Assembly (NCBI GenBank): GCA_964016885.1
Contig: OZ024742.1
Coordinates: forward strand, 40,424,001 to 40,488,000
From: Eledone cirrhosa
Taxonomy: Eukaryota
DNA length: 64,000 nucleotides
Direction of reading: 5' to 3'
Of the stretch, positions 39,340 through 55,819 are shown piece by piece (within the stretch, counting starts at the first letter, position 1; each line of letters begins with the position of its first letter). Position numbers and translations under genes: made by a program. The notes under the pieces are model-generated. The model was not told the DNA's origin, ran no database searches, and saw nothing but the letters and a program-made list of their open reading frames with translations.

Positions 39340-40326
39340 ATAATAATAATTGTTTCTACTTTTGGCACAAGGCCATCAATTACCCAGTACATTACTGGTA
39401 CTTTATTTTATCGACCCCGTAAGGATGAAAGGCAAAGTTAACGTCGGCGGGATTTTAATAATGGTTTCTAGTATAGGCACAAGGCCAGTAATTTGGGGGG
39501 AGGGGAAAGTCGATTAAATCAACCCCAGTGCATTACTGGTGTTTTATTTTATCGACCCCATAAGGATGAAAGGCAAAGTTAAACTCGGCAACAATTTTAT
39601 TTACCACAAAGACATCTGATGAAGAAGACATTACAACAACGTTAGACAGCGTGTGGCAACTTTACAGGGAAATTGGATGATGAAAAACATTTTAATAATA
39701 ATTGTTTTTAATAATAATTGTTTTTGGTGGCGGGGGAAGATGAAGTTGATTACATTGACACCAATACTTGATTGGTACTTTATTTAATTAACCTGAGAAG
39801 GATGAAAGGCAAAGTTGATCCCAGTTGGATTTTAACTCAGAATGTAATGGATGCACGAACCTAGATATATGTTATAAGTACCACATCCAAATGTATGTTT
39901 GCTTCTTTTCCCTTAAAAAGTGTTTTAATAACATCAATATCCCAATGTGTCCTTAAATATTAGAAAATTATGTCACCAATATCTGAAAGTGCAGGCATAG
40001 CTGTTTGGTTAAGAAGTTCACATCATAACCATGAGGATTTGGTTTCAATTCCACAATATGACCATTGTTAAATGTTACAAAGCATTTTGCCAATTCACTG
40101 TCCTGTAATAATGATTTCTAGTGTAGGCACAAGGCCAGTAATTTGGGGGAGGGGAAAATCGATTAAATCGACCCCAGTATGTTACTGATACTTTATTTTA
40201 TCGACCTCGTAAGGATGAAAGGCAATGTTAACCTCGGTGGGATTTGAACTCAAATCGTAAAGGGCCGTAACTCTTTGCTGCGAAGCAGGGAGTCCGACCC
40301 TCTACCGATACCGACAATCCACCGCT
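39340..40326 (-). mobile_element. Cluster of family 1 SINE copies (three partial, one full length at ~40105-40326)
   Basis: Repeated tttattttatcgacccc.taaggatgaaaggcaaagttaa blocks. Confidence 0.8.
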
Positions 40327-41707
40327 TCAGTCGGTGAATAATAATCCTAATAATAGTAATGATTCCCTTTATTTTTCATAAGGGCACTGGATAAAGGGGA
40401 TATTATAAGGATAGGTTACATAGAGGGTGGGAGGTTTTCTTTTCCTTTGAGACCAAACACACCTGGTTTTATGATACTAAGTTGTTTGTTTTTATTTTTA
40501 AATGTTTATATTTATCTAAAAGCATTCCATCATATTTATATTTTTAAATAATAAACTTTATTTAGTTATGTTCCAGCTAAATAAATGCTTGATTATTTGA
40601 AAATCATAGAAATATAGTTACAGAAGGGTTAAAGTTATTTTTCTGTTAGTCCTTTCTATTCCCTTAGGGTTTCAGACCAAACTAGACCTATAAGCAGTTT
40701 AACTTTTTTTGTTCTTTACTTTTCAGTCAAGAAGGGAAGGCCAGTTAGCAGTACCTTTTTCAAGATCTTCAATACTGGAGGATATGAAAGCCAAGGATAT
40801 CCTCAAACTTGAGACTTTGTCAGAATGCCTGCTATACAAAAGACACCCAAGAAGAGTTTATTTTAAGGAAATATTAGCACCTCCCAAATCTTTGGGTCAA
40901 GTACTATAATCAAGAGTTTGATATTCTCTGAGTCTGAGAAAGCATTTGTAATGGGGTTTTTTTAATCATTTTCTGAGTGTTTTAAGCACATGATAGTATT
41001 TGACACAAAGTGTAAAATTATTGTACAAAATTAGACTACACAAGTAGAGATCAACTGCATGTTAAAATAATTACTACACCAACGGGCCAAGTGATGGTGT
41101 TTAACTGGGTGACAGATTAAGTCTATCATCTATCATCTAAAATTAAGTCATCCCTCCCAGTCTAGTGTCAAACAATGATTGGCATTGAGCTGTCTCTGCC
41201 ATGCTGCACTCCATATGATTCCTCATTACATGTTGGAGTGAACAGTGTGATGTTCAACTAAACAGAGACATGGTATAACTCAGAAGATGGATTTGTGGAT
41301 CACATATTAGCATGTGGTCGACTGACAACTTGTGTATCATATGACTGCTCAGTCAGGCAGTGATGATTTTGACCTTTTCACAACCATATTCCCAATGAAA
41401 TACACTGTTTCAATAAAATTTGAAAACAACAAAAAAATTAATAGATTTGAGTAAAATAACTAAATTTTTATAATCAAGTGGAATTTAACAAAATCTCATA
41501 CATAAAATTATTATAGAAGGTTTTAAAATGAGTAGTGATGTATCACTAAACCAGGGGCAGTTTCGAGTGAGTTAATATCAAAACAGTCAATATGTACTTG
41601 ATCTCTGTGTATTCTAAGTCTAATTTTTTATAAAAGGTTTACTTTTTGTATCAAATGCTACGTGCTTAGATGGTTATTGATGGTCAAAAAGAATTAAAAC
41701 ACTCGTA

Positions 41708-41967
41708 AAATTTACATTACTCTATATATACTATTATATTTTCATTGCTATTATATTTACATTACTCTATATATACTATTATATTTTCATGGTAAGGTTT
41801 TTATCTCACATAATTATCTCACATAATATCGAATCTACAAGATTTTGATATTTATTTTGAGAACAATACCTTACTGTCAGTATGAGCAGCTGATTACAGC
41901 CAGTTTGAACAGAAAGCGGTGAGAGAATTCTGGCTGGATATGACTGGTTTAAAAAATAAAGGGTTAA
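41708..41967 (+). mobile_element. piggyBac-like MITE family B with an unexpanded repeat
   Basis: Same body as 18620-18762 ending aaagggttaa, with only ~1.7 repeat units. Confidence 0.7.
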
Positions 41968-42779
41968 AGTAACTATTACAAATACTTCTCAAACTCAGAA
42001 AATATTAAACACCTGCCTCAAGATTTGTGCAGTTCTAAAATTCCCTTCAAATAAACTCTGTAATCAGAGCTATCATGGGGCTACAAAATAACAATAAGTT
42101 GGGAAATAGGACGTTAGTTGGCAACCCAGCACCAATGTAATGAATGGGGAGAGAGATCAGAGCAGTCAAGTTTATATAATTACAATGTGTCCCTTAAATT
42201 AAAAGTTTGTCTTATTAGATAGTCTAAAAAGAATCTACATATAAATAGAATATAATTAATGTCAGAGGGAAGGGAATTGAGCTAATGAGATTGTGAAGAC
42301 TGACTAGACTGAAGTAAAATAAAGAAAAATTCAAAATGGGGTAGAGAGAGGGGATGTTCATCACATCGAGGTCCCCATTCCAAACATGAAGCAGGAATTT
42401 ATTTTTTTTTACTAAATTTTTAATTTTTTTTATTAGGTTAAATATTTCACCTATTTTTATAATTTATGTGATTTGTTTGTACTTTTACGATGATGATGAT
42501 GCCTGTAATGGTTATTATGTTGGTGGTGGCGGTGGTTATGGTGAAGATAGTGGTGGTAGAGGAAATGGTGGTAGTGGTAATGATGGTAGATAGTGTTGAG
42601 AGGGTGGGAGATTTTAAGGGTGATTATAATGATTATCATGGTAATGGTGGTGTGTATCATGTGGATGGGGTCTATATAGTGGTGGTGGTGATGGTGGTGG
42701 TGGTGGAAGAAGGTGGGGGGAAATTAAATGGAGCTATAAATATTTAAGTCATCAAATTAAATGCCAGTTTGGAAGGACA

Positions 42780-45700
42780 CAAAACACAAAACACACACAG
42801 CACCCATAACACACACAGCACCCACAACACACACAGCACCCACAACACACACAGCACCCATAACACACACAGCACCCACAACACACACAGTAACCATAAC
42901 ACACACAGCACCCACAGCACACACAGTACCCATAACACACACAGCACCCACAACACACACAGTACCCACAACACACACAGTACCCATAACACACACAGCA
43001 CCCACAACACACACAGTACCCACAACACACACAGTACCCATAACACACACAGTACCCACAACACACACAGTACCCACAACACACACAGTACCCATAACAC
43101 ACACAGCACCCACAACACACACAGCACCCACAACACACACAGTACCCATAACACACACAGTACCCACAACACACACAGTACCCACAACACACACAGTACC
43201 CATAACACACACAGCACCCACAACACACACATCACCCACAACACACACAGCACCCATAACACACATAGCACCCATAACACACACAGCACCCAGAACACAC
43301 ACAGCACCCACAACACACACAGCACCCACAACACACACAGCACCCACAACACACACAGCACCCACAACACACAGACAGCACACACAACACACATAGCACC
43401 CACAACACACACAGCACCCACAACACACACAGCACCCACAACACACACAGCACCCACAACACACAGACAGCACACACAACACACATAGCACCCACAACAC
43501 ACACAGCACCCATAACACACACAGCACCCACAACACACACAGCACCCACAACACACACAGCACCCACAACACACACAGCACCCACAACACACACAGCACC
43601 CACAACACACACAGCACCCACAACACACAGACAGCACACACAACACACATAGCACCCACAACACACACAGCACCCATAACACACACAGCACCCACAACAC
43701 ACACAGCACCCACAACACACACACAGCACCCACAACACACACAGCACCCACAACACACACATCACCCATAACACACACAGCACCCACAACACACACAGCA
43801 CCCACAACACACACAGCACCCATAACACACACAGCACCCACAACACACACAGCACCCACAACACACACAGCACCCATAACACACACAGCACCCACAACAC
43901 ACACAGCACCCACAACACACACAGCACCCACAACACACACATCACCCATAACACACACAGCACCCACAACACACACAGCACCCACAACACACACAGCACC
44001 CACAACACACACAGCACCCACAACACACATAGCATCCACAACACACACAGCACCCACAACACACACATCACCCATAACACACACAGCACCCACAACACAC
44101 ACAGCACCCATAACACACACAGCACCCACAACACACACAGCACCCACAACACACATAGCATCCACAACACACACAGCACCCACAACACACACATCACCCA
44201 TAACACACACAGCACCCACAACACACACAGCACCCACAACACACACAGCACCCACAACACACACAGCACCCACAACACACATAGCATCCACAACACACAT
44301 AGCATCCACAACACACATAGCACCCATAACACACAAAGCACCCATAATACACATATCACCCATAACACACATAGCACCCACAACACACACAGCACCCTTA
44401 ACACACATAGCACCCACAACACACACATCAACCACAACACACACAGCACCCACAACACACACAGCACCCATAACACACACAGCACCCACAACACACACAG
44501 CACCCACAACACACATAGCATCCACAACACACATAGTATCCACAACACACATAGCACCCATAACACACAAAGCACCCATAATACACATATCACCCATAAC
44601 ACACATAGCACCCACAACACACACAGCACCCACAACACACACAGCACCCACAACACACACAGCACCCATAACACACACAGCACCCACAACACACACAGCA
44701 CCCACAACACACATAGCATCCACAACACACACAGCACCCATAACACACACAGCACCCACAACACACATAGCATCCACAACACACACAGCACCCACAACAC
44801 ACACAGCACCCATAACACACACAGCACCCACAACACACACAGCACCCACAACACACATAGCATCCACAACACACATAGCATCCACAACACACATAGCACC
44901 CATAACACACAAAGCACCCATAACACACATATCACCCATAACACACATAGCACCCACAACACACACAGCACCCTTAACACACATAGCACCCACAACACAC
45001 ACAGCACCCACAACACACACAGCACCCATAACACACACAGCACCCACAACACACACAGCACCCACAACACACATAGCATCCACAACACACACAGCACCCA
45101 CAACACACACATCACCCATAACACACACAGCACCCACAACACACACAGCACCCACAACACACACAACACCCACAACACACACAGCACCCATAACACACAC
45201 AGCACCCACAACACACATAGCACCCACAACACACATAGCACCCATAACACACAAAGCACCCATAACACACATATCACCCATAACACACATAGCACCCATA
45301 ACACACAAAGCACCCTTAACACACATAGCACCCACAACACACACAGCACCCACAACACACACAGCACCCATAACACACACAGTACCGACAACACACACAG
45401 CACCCACAACACACACAGCACCCATAACACACACAGCACCCATAACACACACAGTACCGACAACACACATAGCACCCACAACACACACAGCACCCACAAC
45501 ACACACAGCACCCATAACACACATAGCACCCATAACACACACAGTACCGACAACACACACAGCACCCACAACACACACAGCACCCATAACACACACAGCA
45601 CCCATAACACACATAGCACCCACAACACACACAGCACCCACAACACACACAGCACCCATAACACACACAGCACCCATAACACACATAGCACCCACAACAC

Positions 45701-48700
45701 ACACAGCACCCACAACACACACAGTACCCATAACACACACAGCACCCACAACACACACAGCACCCATAACACACACAGCACCCATAACACACATAGCACC
45801 CACAACACACACAGCACCCACAACACACACAGCACCCATAACACACACAGCACCCATAACACACACAGCACCCATAACACACACAGCACCCACAACACAC
45901 ACAGCACCCACAACACACACAGCACCCACAACACATACATCACCCACAACACACATAGCATCCACAACACACACAGCACCCACAACACACACAGCACCCA
46001 TAACACACACAGCACCCACAACACACACAGCACCCACAAAACACACAGCACCCATAACACACACAGCACCCACAACACACACAGCACCCACAACACACAC
46101 ACAGCACCCACAACACACACATCACCCACAACACACACAGCACCCATAACACACATAGCACCCACAACACACACAGCACCCATAACACACACAGCACCCA
46201 CAACACACACAGCACCCATAACACACACAGCACCCACAACACACACAGCACCCACAACACACACAGCACCCATAACACACACAGCACCCACAACACACAC
46301 AGCACCCATAACACACACAGCACCCATAACACACACAGCACCCACAACACACACAGCACCCACAACACACACAGCACCCATAACACACAGACAGCACACA
46401 CAACACACACAGCACCCACAACACACACAGCACCCACAACACACAGAGCACCCATAACACACATAGCACCTATAACACACACAGCACCCACAACACACAC
46501 AGCACCCACAACACACACAGCACCGATAACACACACAGCACCCACAACACACACAGCACCTATAACACACACAGGACCCACAACACACACAGCACCCACA
46601 ACACACACAGCACCCACAACACACACAGCACCCACAACACACACAGCACCTATAACACACACAGCACCCACAACACACACAGCACCTATAACACACACAG
46701 CAACCATAACACACACAGCACCCACAACACACACAGCACCCACAACACACAGAGCACCCATAACACACACAGCAGCCACAACACACACAGCACCCTTAAT
46801 ACACACAGCACCCACAACACACACAGCACCCATAACACACACAGCAGCCACAACACACACAGCACCTATAACACACACAGCAGCCACAACACACACAGCA
46901 CCCATAACACACACAGCAGCCACAACACACACAGCACCCATAACACACACAGCACCCACAACACACACAGCACCCACAACACACAGAGCACCCATAACAC
47001 ACACAGCAGCCACAACACACACAGCACCCTTAATACACACAGCACCCACAACACACACAGCACCCATAACACACACAGCAGCCACAACACACACAGCAGC
47101 CACAACACACACAGCACCCATAACACACACAGCAGCCACAACACACACAGCACCCTTAATACACACAGCACCCACAACACACACAGCACCCATAACACAC
47201 ACAGCAGCCACAACACACACAGCACCTATAACACACACAGCAGCCACAACACACACAGCACCCACAACACACACAGCACCCACAACACATACAGCACCCA
47301 CAACACACACAGCACCTATAACACACACAGCACCCACAACACACACAGCACCCACAACACACACAGCACCCACAACACACACAGCACCCACAACACACAC
47401 AGCACCCATAACACACACAGCACCCACAACACACTGAGCACCCATAACACACATAGCACCTATAACACACACAGCACCCACAACACACACAGCACCTATA
47501 ACACACACAGCACCCACAACACACACAGCACCTATAACACACACAGCACCCACAACACACACAGCACCCACAACACACACAGCACCCACAACACACACAG
47601 CACCCACAACACACACAGCACCTATAACACACACAGCACCCACAACACACACAGCACCTATAACACACACAGCACCCATAACACACACAGCACCCACAAC
47701 ACACACAGCACCCACAACACACAGAGCACCCATAACACACACAGCAGCCACAACACACACAGCACCCACAACGCACAGAGCACCCATAACACACACAGCA
47801 CCCACAACACACACAGCACCCACAACACACACAGCACCTATAACACACACAGCACCCACAACACACACAGCACCCATAACACACACAGCAGCCACAACAC
47901 ACACAGCACCTATAACACACACAGCACCCACAACACACACAGCACCCACAACACACACAGCACCCACAACACACACAGCACCTATAACACACACAGCACC
48001 CACAACACACACAGCACCTATAACACACACAGCACCTACAACACACACAGCACCCACAACACACACAGCACCTATAACACACACAACACCCATAACACAC
48101 ACAGCAGCCACAACACACACAGCACCCTTAATACACACAGCACCCACAACACACACAGCACCCATAACACACACAGCACCCACAACACACACAGCACCCA
48201 TAACACACACAGCACCCATAACACACACAGCACCCACAACACACACAGCACCCACAACACACACAGCACCCATAACACACAGACAGCACACACAACACAC
48301 ACAGCACCCACAACACACACAGCACCCACAACACACAGAGCACCCATAACACACATAGCACCTATAACACACACAGCACCCACAACACACACAGCACCCA
48401 CAACACACACAGCACCGATAACACACACAGCACCCACAACACACACAGCACCTATAACACACACAGGACCCACAACACACACAGCACCCACAACACACAC
48501 AGCACCCACAACACACACAGCACCCACAACACACACAGCACCTATAACACACACAGCACCCACAACACACACAGCACCTATAACACACACAGCAACCATA
48601 ACACACACAGCACCCACAACACACACAGCACCCACAACACACAGAGCACCCATAACAAACACAGCAGCCACAACACACACAGCACCCTTAATACACACAG

Positions 48701-51700
48701 CACCCACAACACACACAGCACCCATAACACACACAGCAGCCACAACACACACAGCACCTATAACACACACAGCAGCCACAACACACACAGCACCCATAAC
48801 ACACACAGCAGCCACAACACACACAGCACCCATAACACACACAGCACCCACAACACACACAGCACCCACAACACACAGAGCACCCATAACACACACAGCA
48901 GCCACAACACACACAGCACCCTTAATACACACAGCACCCACAACACACACAGCACCCATAACCTCACACAGCAGCCACAACACACACAGCAGCCACAACA
49001 CACACAGCACCCATAAATCACACAGCAGCCACAACACACACAGCACCCTTAATACACACAGCACCCACAACACACAGAGCACCCATAACACACATAGCAC
49101 CTATAACACACACAGCACCCACAACACACACAGCACCCACAACACACACAGCACCGATAACACACACAGCACCCACAACACACACAGCACCTATAACACA
49201 CACAGGACCCACAACACACACAGCACCCACAACACACACAGCACCCACAACACACACAGCACCCACAACACACACAGCACCTATAACACACACAGCACCC
49301 ACAACACACACAGCACCTATAACACACACAGCAACCATAACACACACAGCACCCACAACACACACAGCACCCACAACACACAGAGCACCCATAACACACA
49401 CAGCAGCCACAACACACACAGCACCCTTAATACACACAGCACCCACAACACACACAGCACCCATAACACACACAGCAGCCACAACACACACAGCACCTAT
49501 AACACACACAGCAGCCACAACACACACAGCACCCATAACACACACAGCAGCCACAACACACACAGCACCCATAACACACACAGCACCCACAACACACACA
49601 GCACCCACAACACACAGAGCACCCATAACACACACAGCAGCCACAACACACACAGCACCCTTAATACACACAGCACCCACAACACACACAGCACCCATAA
49701 CCTCACACAGCAGCCACAACACACACAGCAGCCACAACACACACAGCACCCATAACACACACAGCAGCCACAACACACACAGCACCCTTAATACACACAG
49801 CACCCACAACACACACAGCACCCATAACACACACAGCAGCCACAACACACACAGCACCTATAACACACACAGCAGCCACAACACACACAGCACCCACAAC
49901 ACACACAGCACCCACAACACATACAGCACCCACAACACACACAGCACCTATAACACACACAGCACCCACAACACACACAGCACCCACAACACACACAGCA
50001 CCCACAACACACACAGCACCCACAACACACACAGCACCCACAACACACACAGCACCCACAACACACTGAGCACCCATAACACACATAGCACCTATAACAC
50101 ACACAGCACCCACAACACACACAGCACCTATAACACACACAGCACCCACAACACACACAGCACCTATAACACACACAGCACCCACAACACACACAGCACC
50201 CACAACACACACAGCACCCACAACACACACAGCACCCACAACACACACAGCACCTATAACACACACAGCACCCACAACACACACAGCACCTATAACACAC
50301 ACAGCACCCATAACACACACAGTACCCACAACACACACAGCACCCACAACACACAGAGCACCCATAACACACACAGCAGCCACAACACACACAGCACCCA
50401 CAACGCACAGAGCACCCATAACACACACAGCACCCACAACACACACAGCACCCACAACACACACAGCACCTATAACACACACAGCACCCACAACACACAC
50501 AGCACCCATAACACACACAGCAGCCACAACACACACAGCACCTATAACACACACAGCACCCACAACACACACAGCACCCACAACACACACAGCACCCACA
50601 ACACACACAGCACCTATAACACACACAGCACCCACAACACACACAGCACCTATAACACACACAGCACCCACAACACACACAGCACCCACAACACACACAG
50701 CACCCACAACACACACAGCACCCACAACACACACAGCACCTATAACACACACAGCACCCACAACACACACAGCACCTATAACACACACAGCACCCATAAC
50801 ACACACAGCACCCACAACAGACACAGCACCCACAACACACAGAGCACCCATAACACACACAGCAGCCACAACACACACAGCACCCTTAATACACACAGCA
50901 CCCACAACACACATAGCACCCACAACACACAAAGCACCTATAACACACACAGCACCCACAACACACACAGCACCTATAACACACACAGCACCCACAACAC
51001 ACAGAGCACCCATAACACACACAGCACCCACAACACACACAGCACCCACAACACACACAGCACCCACAACACACACAGCACCTATAACACACACAGCACC
51101 CACAACACACACAGCACCTATAACACACACAGCACCCACAACACACACAGCACCTATAACACACACAGCACCCACAACACACACAGCACCCACAACACAC
51201 ACAGCACCCACAACACACACAGCACCCACAACACACACAGCACCTATAACACACACAGCACCCACAACACACACAGCACCTATAACACACACAGCACCCA
51301 TAACACACACAGCACCCACAACACACACAGCACCCACAACACACAGAGCACCCATAACACACACAGCAGCCACAACACACACAGCACCCTTAATACACAC
51401 AGCACCCACAACACACATAGCACCCACAACAAACACAGCACCCACAACACACAGAGCACCCATAACACACACAGCAGCCACAACACACACAGCACCCTTA
51501 ATACACACAGCACCCACAACACACAGAGCACCCATAACACACACAGCAGCCACAACACACACAGCAGCCACAACACACACAGCAGCCACAACACACAGCA
51601 GCCACGACACACACAGCACCCACAACACACACAGCACCCACAACACGCACAAAACCCACAACACACACACCACCCACAACACACACAGCACCCACACACA

Positions 51701-52140
51701 GCACCTATAACACACACAGCACCTATAACACACACAGCAGCCCCAACACACAGCAGCCACGACACACACAGCAGCCACAACTCACAGCAGCCACAACACA
51801 CACATCAGCCACAACACACACATCACCCACAACACACACAGCACCCACAACACACACAAAACCCACAACACACACAGCACCCACAACACACACAGCACCC
51901 ACAACACACACAGCACCGACCACACACAGCAGCCACAACACACACAGCACCCACAACACACACAGCACCCACAACACACACAGCACTGACCACACACAGC
52001 AGCCACAACACACATAGCACCCACAACACACACAGCACCCACAACACACACAGCACCCACAACACACACAGCACTGACCACACACAGCAGCCACAACACA
52101 CACACCACCCACAACACACACAGCACCCACCACACACACA
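42780..52140 (+). repeat. 18-bp satellite (cacacacagcacccacaa and variants), ~9.4 kb, ~520 units
   Basis: Period of 18 read directly. It explains all the VCVVGA/CCGCCV/LWVLCV ORFs. Confidence 0.97.
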
Positions 52141-52694
52141 AATTGAATACCATCAGAGGTGATGATGATGGCTTACATGAGGGTGGTATTGGTAGTGATG
52201 ATAATAATAGTGATGGTGGGGGTGATAGTGGTGGTGATTATGGTGGCAATGGTGGTAGTAAGGGTGGTGGGAATGGTGATAATGATCATGATGTTAGTAG
52301 TGGAGGTGGTGGTGATGTTGAGGATGCTGGTAATGGAAGTGATTGTAATGGTGATGTTAGCAATGATTATGATGATGATAGAAACAGTAATAGAAACACT
52401 GTTGTGTTGCTATTTGTTGATTATGTGAGACAGGTGGTGAAGTGGGTAGGAGATGACTAGTTGAAGGGATGTCACTTCATATCCTGTCACTCGCAGCATT
52501 GCATTTATTACCAACAGATTTCAATTTTTAAGAGGGCTTATATAATCCAACTATGTGCACCATAGTGTAGGGTAAAGAACACAGCATAACTGAATGGTTA
52601 AAAGGTTCGCTCCACAATCATAAGGTCCTTGGTTTGATTCTAAAACAAGATGCTGAACCCCACAAATGGGATGGTAAAGAAAAGTGATATGAGG

Positions 52695-54541
52695 AGAGAT
52701 ACTGTACTGGAGAAGACTTGTCTAAACATGCAAGCTTAGAGATACTGTACTGGAGAAGATTTGTCTAAACCATGCGAGCTTAGAGATACTGTACTGGAGA
52801 AGACTTGTCTAAAACATGCAAGCTTAGAGATACTGTACTGGAGAAGACTTGTCTAAAACATGCAAGCTTAGAGATACTGTACTGGAGAAGACTTGTCTAA
52901 AACATGCAAGCTTAGAGATACTGTACTGGAGAAGACTTGTTTAAAACATGCAAGCTTAGAGATACTGTACTGGAGAAGACTTGTCTAAAACATGCAAGCT
53001 TAGAGATACTGTACTGGAGAAGACTTGTCTAAAACATGCAAGCTTAGAGATACTGTACTGGAGAAGACTTGTCTAAACATGCAAGCTTAGAGATACTGTA
53101 CTGGAGAAGACTGGTCTAAAACATGCAAGCTTAGAGATACTGTACTGGAGAAGACTGGTCTAAAACATGCAAGCTTAGAGATACTGTACTGGAGAAGACT
53201 GGTCTAAAACATGCAAGCTTAGAGATACTGTACCGGAGAAGACTTGTCTAAAACATGCAAGCTTAGAGATACTGTACTGGAGAAGACTTGTCTAAACATG
53301 CAAGCTTAGAGATACTGTACTGGAGAAGACTGGTCTAAAACATGCAAGCTTAGAGATACTGTACTGGAGAAGACTGGTCTAAAACATGCAAGCTTAGAGA
53401 TACTGTACTGGAGAAGACTGGTCTAAAACATGCAAGCTTAGAGATACTGTACTGGAGAAGACTTGTCTAAAACATGCGAGCTTAGAGATACTGTACTGGA
53501 GAAGATTTGTCTAAAACATGCAAGCTTAGAGATACTGTACTGGAGTAGACTTGTCTAAAACATGCAAGCTTAGAGATACTGTACTGGAGAAGACTTGTCT
53601 AAAACATGCAAGCTTAGAGATACTGTACTGGAGAAGACTGGTCTAAAACATGCAAGCTTAGAGATACTGTACTGGAGAAGATTTGTCTAAAACATGCAAG
53701 CTTAGAGATACTGTACTGGAGAAGACTTGTCTAAAACATGCAAGCTTAGAGATACTGTACTGGAGAAGACTTGTCTAAAACATGCAAGCTTAGAGATACT
53801 GTACTGGAGAAGACTGGTCTAAAACATGCAAGCTTAGAGATACTGTACTGGAGAAGATTTGTCTAAAACATGCAAGCTTAGAGATACTGTACTGGAGAAG
53901 ATTTGTCTAAAACATGCAAGCTTAGAGATACTGTACTGGAGAAGATTTGTCTAAAACATGAAAGCTTAGAGATACTGTACTGGAGAAGATTTATCTAAAA
54001 CATGCGAGCTTAGAGATACTGTACTGGAGAAGATTTGTCTAAAATATGCGAGCTTAGAGATACTGTACTGGAGAAGACTTGTCTAAAACATGCGAGCTTA
54101 GAGATACTGTACTGGAGAAGACTTGTCTAAAACATGCAAGCTTAGAGATACTGTACTGGAGAAGACTTGTCTAAAACATGCAAGCTTAGAGATACTGTAC
54201 TGGAGAAGACTGGTCTAAAACATGCAAGCTTAGAGATACTGTACTGGAGAAGATTTGTCTAAACATGCGAGCTTAGAGATACTGTACTGGAGAAGATTTG
54301 TCTAAAACATGCAAGCTTAGAGATACTGTACTGGGGAAGATTTGTCTAAACATGCAAGCTTAGAGATACTGTACTGGAGAAGACTGGTCTAAAACATGCA
54401 AGCTTAGAGATACTGTACTGGAGAAGATTTGTCTAAAACATGCAAGCTTAGAGATACTGTACTGGAGAAGACTTGTCTAAAACATGCAAGCTTAGAGATA
54501 CTGTACTGGAGAAGACTGGTCTAAAATATGCAAGCTTAGAG
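52695..54541 (+). repeat. 44-bp minisatellite (gagatactgtactggagaagacttgtctaaaacatgcaagctta), ~42 units, derived from an RTE LINE 3' end
   Basis: The unit resembles 1741-1786 (gagacactgtgctgaaaaagacctgtccaacccatacaagcatg), and the array is followed by a LINE-like (GAT)n tail. Confidence 0.9.
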
Positions 54542-55819
54542 AAACGAGTTTTAAAATGGCAGTGGTGATGATGATGAAACAGGCATAGAAAATTACCATA
54601 CTTCATTTATTTTGTGATCCACTCTGACTTGGTGTGTTCGGAGGTTTTAGTGGAGAATGACAGTAGTGACAGAGATAAGCCAGATCCATGCAGTTTTAAT
54701 TTTCACAGAGAAATAAATCGATTCTGTGATTATTTTGATGTATATAATATACATGTATATGTGTGTGTGGTTTTGCGTTTATCGTATTTAGATAAAAGCC
54801 ATAATATAGCTGTGAATACAATACCGAGAAAGAACCTTTGAGAGCAAGCTTTTAGCTCAAATTTCCCTGCAAGGCACAAAACATATGAGAAATAAATTTC
54901 CCTTGGGAAACGTTTCCAGATAATCTTGTATCTATTCTATATAGCTAGGTGATCTGAGGCATGTAGAATAAAGTATTCTGTTGAGAAATATAACAAAATT
55001 AGCTGATAGCCCGACACCTAATTCACTTAAACATTTTATTTCTATTCTGAGGATGATGCTATAAAATATATTCTGGTATATTGTTAAAACATCTGAGGGT
55101 TTGAAAATCGTTGGATACCACATAGTAGCATGGTTTGAGGCTGAATTAACCCTTTTTATACCAACCTGGTCAAAACTAGCTCTGGTTCTATGAAACAAAA
55201 CCACCCATTTTAATAGGGTCCTATTTAAATAAAAATTTTCCAACATAATTTTGTATAAGAACCACATGTTAAGTTACAATCTTAGTAATGAAGTAATTTT
55301 ATTTAATCCCACAAAATTCTTCATAACTTAATTGTAATTGAGTGTATTTCATAGGAAATACACTAAAGCAGATTTGAGCCACAAATGATACCTTTGGAAT
55401 ATCAAGGCTATGATTTAGTATACTTTGGTTTTGAGTCTCAGATGGTTGAATAAACACAATGTGAGACTGTCAGTTGAAGTGTTGACAAAATATTATATTG
55501 ACCAAAAGCAGTTAACTTTAAAAAGTTGAGTTCAGAAGCTGTATGTATCATGTGTTGGTATAGTATGTATGTCCCAATTGTAATGTTGTGAAAACATAAT
55601 ATAGTTAATTTCTTTGGACTAAGTAGAAAGATATATTTTCACAGAATGAGAATGGAATGAGATATGAAAAATTGTTCCAAGTGAATTGTAGAGCGTAAAA
55701 AAATAAATTACATAGTGATATTATGTTCAAATCTTGCCATGTAGCATGAATAGAAAAGAGATGAGTTTCACATGGTTGACTGTGACTTAACTTTTCATAT
55801 CTAAATCAAAAGTCTATCT

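Noticed and set aside
38198-39660. Isolated CTGATGA motifs at 38198 and 39616
   Set aside because: No supporting stems, and a 7-mer is expected by chance.
42744-52153. Very long Cys/Val-rich ORFs (up to 1184 aa)
   Set aside because: Translation of an 18-bp satellite lacking stops in several frames on both strands, with no unique sequence.
52695-54541. CRISPR-like 44-bp array
   Set aside because: No variable spacers, and the unit derives from a LINE end.
54940-55005. CTGAGGC...agaata/tattct...GAAA HHR-like arrangement
   Set aside because: A9 is substituted, there is no NUH triplet and stem I is only partial, so it is too degenerate to call.
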